Assembly: GCA_963825865.1 (NCBI GenBank)
Contig: CAWGVG010000060.1
Coordinates: 96,001 to 160,000 of the forward strand
DNA length: 64,000 bases
Reading direction: 5' to 3'
Source of the DNA: an uncultured Nitrososphaeraceae archaeon
GTDB lineage: Archaea; Thermoproteota; Nitrososphaeria; Nitrososphaerales; Nitrososphaeraceae
Below, piece by piece: positions 56,732 to 64,000 of the stretch. Under the pieces are notes generated by a model. It worked only from the letters and a program-made list of their open reading frames with translations. It ran no database searches and was not told where the DNA came from. Position numbers and translations under genes: made by a program. Each line of letters opens with the position of its first letter. Position 1 is the first letter of the stretch.

Positions 56732-57616
56732 TTCATATTGTCCATCCCGTTTATCCTTTCAAGAAACGCGGATACTGCCGTATAATCTTGTTGAGAAAAT
56801 CCACTGTTATTTGCTGCCCTATAGATTTGCTGAACTATTGTCGCAGCTGGCAAGAAGATCCCTATAGACTGTGCAGAGGTTGTAACAAGTTCAAGGTCCT
56901 TGAGCATATTTTTAAGATGAAATGATGGCTCGAAATTATTCTTCACCATCTTTGGTCCCTTGGTTTCACTTAGTCCTGTCTTGAAATACGTAGAATTTAA
57001 GATTTGAATAAAAATCTGCGGATCTATTCCAGACGCTTTGACTAGTGTGATTCCTTCTGATATAGCGCTTGCTATCAGAGCTATATTCAGATTTAATGCT
57101 AATTTAACAGCGTTAGCATTGCCGTCAACACTGCCCATATAATATACCGAACGGGCCATTTTTTCAATGATTGGTTTTACTTCTTCAAATACCTCCTTTT
57201 TACCTGCAATTATTGACACCAGTTCACCTTTTTCTGCTGTCTGCCGGACCCCCCATCATGGGCATTTCAAGCATTTCAATTTGGTTTTTCCTAAATAGGT
57301 CGGCACAACACTTTGATTCCTTAGGAGAAATCGTGCTTAAATTTCCTACTATCAGACACTTGCGATTGGATGTAATAATTCCCTCAGTTCCAAAAGATAC
57401 TTGTAGTATTGCTTCGAAGTCTGTAACACAGATTATGATAAAATCGCAAATCTGTGCAAGTTCTTTTGGACTGGTTGCTATCTTGGCATCGATCCTTTCA
57501 AAAGGTTTTGTTTTTGTTGTATCACGATTGTAAACACTAACAACGTGACCAGTATTAATTAATCTTGAAGCAATTTGAGAACCCATTAATCCAAGACCAA
57601 TTACACCGACCCTCAT
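56728..57616 (-). CDS. NAD(P)-dependent beta-hydroxyacid dehydrogenase (3-hydroxyisobutyrate/tartronate semialdehyde family), frameshift near 57240
   Basis: GVIGLGLMG, YNR, STISP, PMMGG, VKLALN, F.LKNMLKDL. Confidence 0.92.
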
Positions 57617-57997
57617 TATACTTGGGTAAAATTAATCCAAGAATAAAAATGATGTCTTTTGGACGTAATTATCCTCGTCATTGCTATTTGCCCAACCTTT
57701 GACCAGCGATTTTTTGATATCATCTGGTTTTAATTAGTTATAAGAAACATTCATCTATCAATAGTATTAGTTTTCGCATTTTCTGGCAACAGGCTTACTC
57801 TCATTTGTTTTCTGGCCAGGATTTATTAGATCCATTTCACTTCATAGTGTTGCTGCTTCGGTGGTTTTATAATAGCTTTATCGTTGTTGTTGTTGTTATT
57901 TCATTAAGCTCTAAAATTAATTAATATTAGAAGTAATGTTCTATTGTTACCATTATATAGTAAGAATATACAAGAATTAAGTATTACAAGCTTTTGA

Positions 57998-58669
57998 TCA
58001 GGTTAATTCTTGAATTTGTAGCTTCTTGATATATTTTATTAATTGTATAGCATCTCGCTCTTTCAGGCTTTCTCTATTGTTGGTTATGTATGCTCGAAAG
58101 GATTCAATATGACTATCAGAACGCGGATATTTCTTCTTTGTTAGGTCCAGGATATCAGTATAATTTCTATATGGAAAATAGATGTTCTTTGCAACTTTTA
58201 TTATCACTCTTTTGGTATTCTCATCAATGATTCCTTTTCTTTTTGCAATAAATAAGTTAAACCTGATATCTATCATTGCTTCTGATTGAAGTATATGGTG
58301 ACCTTCTTCGAAAGTGACTGCTACTTCGTCATCTCCATCAATTTTACCTGTCTTGTAGAGCTGCGAATATTTTACCTATACCAATCATTCCAAATTTTTC
58401 AAGCTCCACCGCCCGCAATGCGCCAAGGCTTGCTGCACCTACAAGGACCATATTTTTTTTTGTTGCTATTTGATAGACCTCTATTGGTGTTGGTGGATAA
58501 TCCTGTAAAAAAAAGCCATCAACCAATCCAACAATCGTTACCTCATTTGTCAAACTTGCAAGCCGAAAAGGTCACCTTTTTTTGCTGGAGGCCTATAATC
58601 TGCTTCAAGAATACTCATTGCCTTTTCACGGCTAAGACTTGGGCCAAGAAAAATTATTGCTCTGTTCAT
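57998..58669 (-). CDS. tfuA: TfuA-like protein, split into three frames by 1-nt indels (~58567, ~58365)
   Basis: Rejoined MNRAIIFLGPSL..DYRPPAKKGDL / VGLVDGFF..GAASLGALRAVELEKFGMIGIGKIF / DDEVAVTF..SEAMIDIR..LKERDA; ATG overlaps the ycaO TGA (ATGA). Confidence 0.92.
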
Positions 58670-59988
58670 CGTTTAAAATACTTCCTTGCTCGATGTCCCA
58701 TAATTGATTTTGTGAATTTGAAAGTTTCTAGCCCGGGAACTATAGCGCGTACCACTGGAATGCCAATATAATCATTTGTCAGGGTAACGATTATCGCTGT
58801 TCTTAAACCAGCCTGTTCTAAACGATTTAAAATCAGCTTAATGTCATCAAGAATATCTTCATTAATGTATGTTTTAATTTCAGAGAATCTAATTGTACGT
58901 TTGGATGGCATGAACTGCCACGCGCGTTTATCGTCAGTATTATTTTCCCCATATCTAATTTTTCTCAGATCATCCCTTGCACCCTGAATGTTAGCGGCTC
59001 TTGTTTGTGAAACCTCAGTTATAGCGCGTAATAATGCTATACGTGCATCTGGATGGGTTCCATGTCCTTCTGCAAGATACCCATAGTTATTGGTTATCCA
59101 TTCAATACTGCTTGCATTAAATGTTGGAATACCTATATCTGATGTGACATCCTTTATTATCAGAGGGATTCTAGCTTTTGTAAATTTTTTGACCATATTT
59201 TTTAGTGGCTGAAATTCAATGTCTGAAATGTCAACGTCAGGAAATATTCCTGCGTCATCCATGAATTTATCCGCTGGAATTGCTGATAGAGGATAACCTT
59301 GCGTCTTCAGTGAGTTCATTATACATCGTAAAAAGTGAAATGGGATAGCGCTAGCACGTAATTCGGCTAGACTTATTGCATCTCGCTCTATGACTTCACA
59401 TAATGAATGACATATTGCCTCTTCCTCTACATTGCCAGATGCAAGTCCATTTGTATGGTGGAATGCAAATGGATTAATAACAGGAGATTTGGGACAGTAT
59501 CTAAATAATGCAAGCGGCGCAGGGACCATAATTTGCTCACCTGACAATAAGTCAACTCCAGGAAGGAATTCCATTAGCATATTATTTTTGTATTCAAACC
59601 TAACGGGTTCTACAACCTCATTAGGATGCAAGACTTTCGATGTCTTTGATAGTTCGTCGTAACTTCCTACGATAAAATTCCTAGGAGCTCCACTGGGTAG
59701 AGAAGTATATCTCTCGATGCTCTCCATTAAGGCACTAGCCTTTGCATGTTCCCTTGTTTGACCTTTTCCGTTATACACCCAAATGTAATCTTCTGTTCCC
59801 GGTAAAACTGCCGAATAATTTGGTATACGTAATATATCCATATGCGTAATATCAGCAAGTCTGGTCACCCCTATATTTTTGGATAATGTTGTAATTTTAT
59901 TGAGTGTCTCTTGGGGAGAATTTATTCTTGTAGTTCCCTTTTTCGTCCACTTTTTTCTGCTTTTAAGAAATAGTGGCTGAGCACTCAT
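58666..59988 (-). CDS. ycaO: YcaO-family ATP-dependent peptide backbone-activating enzyme (TfuA-associated, thioamide-forming type)
   Basis: GVTRLADIT..D.L.IP, NGKG..AKASALMESIER, TNGLASGN..EEAICHSLCEVIERDA, RAITEVSQTR, IPVVRAIVPGLE. Confidence 0.95.
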   Translation of the reverse strand: MSAQPLFLKSRKKWTKKGTTRINSPQETLNKITTLSKNIGVTRLADITHMDILRIPNYSAVLPGTEDYIWVYNGKGQTREHAKASALMESIERYTSLPSGAPRNFIVGSYDELSKTSKVLHPNEVVEPVRFEYKNNMLMEFLPGVDLLSGEQIMVPAPLALFRYCPKSPVINPFAFHHTNGLASGNVEEEAICHSLCEVIERDAISLAELRASAIPFHFLRCIMNSLKTQGYPLSAIPADKFMDDAGIFPDVDISDIEFQPLKNMVKKFTKARIPLIIKDVTSDIGIPTFNASSIEWITNNYGYLAEGHGTHPDARIALLRAITEVSQTRAANIQGARDDLRKIRYGENNTDDKRAWQFMPSKRTIRFSEIKTYINEDILDDIKLILNRLEQAGLRTAIIVTLTNDYIGIPVVRAIVPGLETFKFTKSIMGHRARKYFKR

Positions 59989-60036
59989 GATTATGAGCCC
60001 TTGTATTAGACCATATCAAGTTTACGAATCAGACAT

Positions 60037-60050
60037 AGAAATATATATTA
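60037..60050 (+). promoter_or_regulatory. Putative BRE/TATA box for the 60075 peptide gene
   Basis: AGAA-ATATATATTA ending about 25 nt upstream of the TTG start, consistent with archaeal leaderless spacing. Confidence 0.45.
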
Positions 60051-60074
60051 GATTTTGCATTTGTCTCTTATTAG

Positions 60075-60251
60075 TTGAACCCGCGACAGAAGGACGCTGA
60101 GATCATTAGCGAAATTCTTTTGAGAGCCACTAGTGAACCCGAATTCAGAAACCTATTGATTAAGGACCCTACAAAATTCTTAGAGCAATACAGTATTTCA
60201 CGAGAGGCCAAATTGATTATAAAAACCAGTATAGTTGATCTTACCCAATAG
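60075..60251 (+). CDS. 58-aa NHLP-leader-like peptide (absent from ORF track), divergent from ycaO
   Basis: MNPRQKDAEIISEILLRATSEPEFRNLLIKDPTKFLEQYSISREAKLIIKTSIVDLTQ matches the NHLP-clan pattern I..RA..(D/E)PEFR..L..DP...L..Y. Confidence 0.75.
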   Translation: MNPRQKDAEIISEILLRATSEPEFRNLLIKDPTKFLEQYSISREAKLIIKTSIVDLTQ

Positions 60252-60394
60252 CGCATATATGTCCGTATTTTTATGTGTTTTCATAAATTGCATCGCATAG
60301 GCTAAAACCTATAGTCAAATAAAATGCATGTATTTTTTTGTTTTCAGTGCTTGGTATGAAAACATTAAAATTTATTCTCGAACTTTTTTAGCTA

Positions 60395-61243
60395 ATGAAA
60401 AAATCTGTGGCGGTTGCATTGGTATTATTTCTTGGAGTTTTCCTGACAGTCATAATAGTTAGTCTGCGTATACTTGCACAGATAAACACAGCAGCCAATG
60501 CTATTAGTTACAATGTGATGACAGCAGAAAGGTTAGACACGTTTTCTGCCATGGGTACAATATCTTCTTTGATTTTTGACTCAGGAACATCATTACCATC
60601 AGCAACCACTAACGGAAATCAATCACATACATCTGGCAATCAAACCAAAGATATTATATCTCCAGGTACAAACACAGTAACAACTGAAGAAAAAGGGGAA
60701 GCACCATATGCTTTATCTGGTGACTGGAACTTGAAAGTGGAGAGAGGAAAGGTAAAGGATTTTACGGCAAAATTCACTATGGTACGTGTTGATGGAAGTC
60801 AACGCCATATACATGAACTAATTAACTTTAAAACCGGCAATTACAGCGACATTCAATTGGATCCGACAAATATCACTTTTATCAAGGGAACCTCCAGTGT
60901 TAGAACAAATGGTATTGAAACTTGGAGAGGGGTAGACACATTTCTATTGATTAACAAATTGAAGGTACTAAGCATAATTCCAAGCTCACAGGAAGTAAAT
61001 GATCACTTCAAAGGACAGCCAATTTATGGCATAACAGAATCAATGAAAGACAAAACCGGCAATGATATCATCGTATCATCCAATAGCATGACTCCTAGTA
61101 TCAATGGAACTATATCCAATTTTGTAGCTAATGGGACAGAAGAAGGAAAATCATTCTCTAACAAACCAGGAAAAACAGCGAATGCAACTATAAACAATTC
61201 CTCATTAGAAAGCTTGTACAGGAAATTTTTTGGCTCTTCTTGA
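60395..61243 (+). CDS. Secreted/membrane-anchored hypothetical protein; paralogue of 25992-26664
   Basis: N-terminal TM; LSGDWNL, DGSQRHIHELINF, HFKGQPIYG. Confidence 0.8.
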   Translation: MKKSVAVALVLFLGVFLTVIIVSLRILAQINTAANAISYNVMTAERLDTFSAMGTISSLIFDSGTSLPSATTNGNQSHTSGNQTKDIISPGTNTVTTEEKGEAPYALSGDWNLKVERGKVKDFTAKFTMVRVDGSQRHIHELINFKTGNYSDIQLDPTNITFIKGTSSVRTNGIETWRGVDTFLLINKLKVLSIIPSSQEVNDHFKGQPIYGITESMKDKTGNDIIVSSNSMTPSINGTISNFVANGTEEGKSFSNKPGKTANATINNSSLESLYRKFFGSS

Positions 61244-61573
61244 CTAAGTTTAACACTTGACTTTGATTAGCCGATAACTAAAAATTATTCATAATGAAAT
61301 AAGACGCTGAAAATGCCATCTTATCTCAGCGTAAGACGAACACATAACATATATTATTAATGCTATTATTATTATTATTATTATTATTCTTCAGTCCATC
61401 GTTCACTGCTTGGACTGGATATAGCGGTGCCTTCTATCCGTTCACGGCTTTGTCTGCACACCAAACAAAACAAAGCTTTAGAACTGCTAGCCTCGTCATC
61501 TGAGCTTCGTTCTCTAAAAAACCCAAGTTAAGTCCTTTCTATAAATATATTTTGCTGGTGTTTATCCAGATAG

Positions 61574-62611
61574 TCATTGCGTTCTTTTTGGCTCTTCCTT
61601 AGACATCATTTTTATCTCTTCCGGAGTTGGCTCTGTTTCCCTTTCGAATTTGCCGCTTACTAGTGCACTTGGCACATCTATCCATAATGAACTGCCATCA
61701 TAATTGTTTATGTATGACTTAGGAATGTAATAGTGATGAATTTTTACATCTCCTTCTCTAACTGCAATAAATTCATTTCCTACTGTTTCAACATCTCCTA
61801 TGTCTATATTGTCAGTTGTTCTGACATGCTTATGAATTACCTCTTCCCATGGGATATTGAGTGTCTTTCCCGATGATTCTGATTCAATGGCAACACCTGA
61901 CTCTTTGGCCATAAACGGTACCCCATATCTGAATTGTGGATATGCAGATTCTGTTTTTCTCATTTGTTCTTCGTATTGCTGCGTCTTGAATTCGGATTCA
62001 GAAGGAGGGCTATCTCGTTGATATTTGTCTTTGATTTCATCTTTCGTCAAGGATGCAAATAAGTCTTTACCGTCGAATCCTTGAATGTAGTATTTGGGTA
62101 TATAATAGTGCTTTTTACTTACGGTCCCTTCCTTGACTTCTATGTAATCAGTCGAAACGCTTTCAACCTCCCCTATCTCTTGGCTATCACTTGATTTTAC
62201 CTTCTTGTCGAGAATTTTTTCCCAAGGCAACCCAACCATGTCTTGGGAAGTAGTGGTCTGTCCTGATTTTGATCCAGTATGTGCAGGAATATTATTTGCA
62301 AAATCAGGGAAGTCTTTTGTCATTGTTGTCCTTCTCTCTGTATACTCTGGTGTCTCAAATTCTGAAGGGTCAGGTGCTTTTTCTTTCTCATATCTTGATT
62401 TTACTTCGTCTTTTGTCAATGAAATCCAAAGGTTGTCACCATCATATCCTTGGATATAATATTTGGGGATGTAATAGTAATTCTTTGATACTAATCCTTC
62501 TTTGGTCTGTATAAAGTCTTTAGTTATACTTTGGACCTTCCCTAAATCTTGGCTATCACTTGATTTTACCTTCTTGTCGATCGCCTTATCCCACGATATA
62601 ATATCGGCCAT
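61574..62611 (-). CDS. Protein of three tandem PRC-barrel/DUF2171-like domains
   Basis: Three repeats of W....K.V...D..D.G.V..V....I...EG.V....YYIPK.YI..YDG..LW. Confidence 0.82.
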   Translation of the reverse strand: MADIISWDKAIDKKVKSSDSQDLGKVQSITKDFIQTKEGLVSKNYYYIPKYYIQGYDGDNLWISLTKDEVKSRYEKEKAPDPSEFETPEYTERRTTMTKDFPDFANNIPAHTGSKSGQTTTSQDMVGLPWEKILDKKVKSSDSQEIGEVESVSTDYIEVKEGTVSKKHYYIPKYYIQGFDGKDLFASLTKDEIKDKYQRDSPPSESEFKTQQYEEQMRKTESAYPQFRYGVPFMAKESGVAIESESSGKTLNIPWEEVIHKHVRTTDNIDIGDVETVGNEFIAVREGDVKIHHYYIPKSYINNYDGSSLWIDVPSALVSGKFERETEPTPEEIKMMSKEEPKRTQ

Positions 62612-62815
62612 TATTATTCATTGGATATTCCTGAACATACAATTTATCAGTTTTAGATCAATGTTATATGTTTTTTAGATTACGTATGATCTTTTTATAA
62701 AAGCAGTAGACAATTATGAAATTTAAATCTAGGTTTAAGCCAAAACTAATACATGAACCCGCGACAAGCCGGCCGTTTACAATTGCGAATAAAGAAAATG
62801 TACACAAACTATGGG

Positions 62816-63430
62816 TCAACCAACTATTCTTGCAGTAAATGTTACTGAGTTAGGCGGTATGCTGCCGGATTTGATGTTAGCTATTTGAACAGTAATATCA
62901 CCAGTGTAACCATTTGCCAATGTAACTCTCTCGATACCTCTTCCGCCAGTTACGGGCTGGTTTACCTTATTCCATAAAACCTTACCTTGGTTGGAATAAA
63001 TTGTCATATCATAACTATCTATAGGTACGGTTGGTTGTATGCTAGAAGGAACACTGGGTCTGTTTGCACCAATACTTGATTCTCCCTTTACATTTGATTC
63101 CTTTTGTGGAACTGTATTTGCCGTTGGCGAGCGGAGCGCTTGCGTTCAGAAAGTCTATTTCCATATCAAACCCTTTCTTTGAAAGAGCAAGTGACGACTC
63201 ATTCCACATTATTTGTATTCTATAATTACCCTTGTCAGAAACCTTTTCTAGAAGCGCACCTGCCGTTGCGACTCCCTGTGAGTTTAATGGTTGCTGACCA
63301 TTCTGAGTTGTCGCACCATCTTGTGCGAAGGCAAAGTGACAGGATACAGGGATTGATAAAACAATAAGCAGAAGAGTAAGAAATGAGCAGAATGTTGTAT
63401 AAAATAAAATAGTGTTAGAATAGACTCTTC
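62816..63430 (-). CDS. Secreted hypothetical protein, frameshifted; start uncertain
   Basis: Signal-like segment ending AFA, LEKVSDKGNYRIQIMW, C-terminal YDMTIYSNQGKVLW..YTGDITVQI..SVTFTARIVG. Confidence 0.65.
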
Positions 63431-63869
63431 TTTCACTTTTACAATAGCAGTGCTCCAAAAGAGTAAAATTAAATAATTTTTGGCAAATTTTCTTCGCTTT
63501 AGTGCTTTGTAATTTGAAGATAGATTCATTTCTCATGCATTACTTTAACATGCTATGTTAGTATTTAGAGGTTTACTGGTTCAAGGCTGAACTGGTAAGG
63601 TACTGATATGTCCAACTCAGAGTGCTATCCCAATAATAACAATAATACTGGGATCAGCGTTAAATTAAGACAAGACAGATAAGCCGAATAAATATCACTT
63701 CAATCCAATTTCCGAAAAAGAGCTTATCATTTCTAAAAAATTTTGTCCCCCGCCTCTGACCCACACATAATCACAGGTAGCCATACACTCAAGTGTGTAC
63801 TCCTCCTCGTGCACTCTCTATAACGGGGAGCCTATTTGTATCATTCCGAAAATATAAAGATCGTGTTTA

Positions 63870-63998
63870 TTATGTTGGCAACAATATAGATAGATTTAGC
63901 TCAAAAGCAACTACCGGTACCCTTATCCTGAAATTATCTATTGCTAAAGGTGTAACTTCTCCTATGAGGCCGACATATTCATCGTCTACATTAATATC
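63870..63998 (-). CDS. pheT: Phenylalanine--tRNA ligase beta subunit, 3' end (partial)
   Basis: DINVDDEYVGLIGEVTPLAIDNFRIRVPVVAFELNLSILLPT* resembles the archaeal PheT C-terminus (G.IGE..P....F....PV.AFE). Confidence 0.8.
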   Translation of the reverse strand, partial: DINVDDEYVGLIGEVTPLAIDNFRIRVPVVAFELNLSILLPT

Positions 63999-64000
63999 TG

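Noticed and set aside
57650-57960. Possible precursor peptide downstream of tfuA
   Set aside because: Only short interrupted frames and an (AAC)n run; looks like decayed or non-coding sequence
58286-58771. 161-aa plus-strand ORF
   Set aside because: Antisense to tfuA/ycaO with no protein-like motif
60071-60256. 61-aa minus-strand ORF listed in the track
   Set aside because: Antisense shadow of the motif-bearing 58-aa plus-strand peptide gene
61364-61389. (TAT)n microsatellite, and the (TA)n run near 7200
   Set aside because: Low-complexity AT-rich intergenic sequence with no evidence of function
62753-62848. 31-aa plus-strand ORF MNPRQAGRLQLRIKKMYTNYGSTNYSCSKCY sharing MNPRQ (13 identical nt) with the NHLP-like peptide and having a Ser/Thr/Cys-rich tail like a RiPP core
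   Set aside because: The tail is largely the antisense of the 3' end of the 62816 gene, there is no NHLP motif, and 13-nt matches are expected by chance in 64 kb; revisit only if conserved in relatives

Overview
AT-rich archaeal chromosomal window. Gene content (rps24e/rps27ae, rpl39e/rpl31e, srp54, pus10, dph6, PINA, bifunctional FBP aldolase/phosphatase, cofG/cofH, divergent ftsZ, DUF6659-like paralogues, intron-containing tRNA) points to an ammonia-oxidising Nitrososphaeraceae-like thaumarchaeon; this is inferred, not database-verified. Most of it is housekeeping: purine biosynthesis, translation and tRNA modification, gluconeogenesis, F420 biosynthesis. At least 20 genes, including essential ones, are split by single-base indels, which most likely reflects uncorrected long-read assembly errors, so split genes are reported rejoined. 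Several features missing from the ORF track were recovered by hand: purS and pheT ends, rpl39e, tRNA-Arg(CCG) with a 29/30 intron, a ribbon-helix-helix protein, a csaA-like pseudogene and a 58-aa NHLP-like peptide. The best novel-system candidate is a translationally coupled ycaO-tfuA thioamidation pair (57998-59988) in an apparent non-methanogen, with the divergently transcribed NHLP-leader-like peptide gene (60075-60251) as candidate substrate or partner. Other candidates are a nucleotidyltransferase-pseudokinase fusion plus HEXXH protein at the end of the dph6-srp54-pus10 operon, a CarH-type B12-binding protein with an unusual N-terminal domain, and an orphan eboB/eboF pair.
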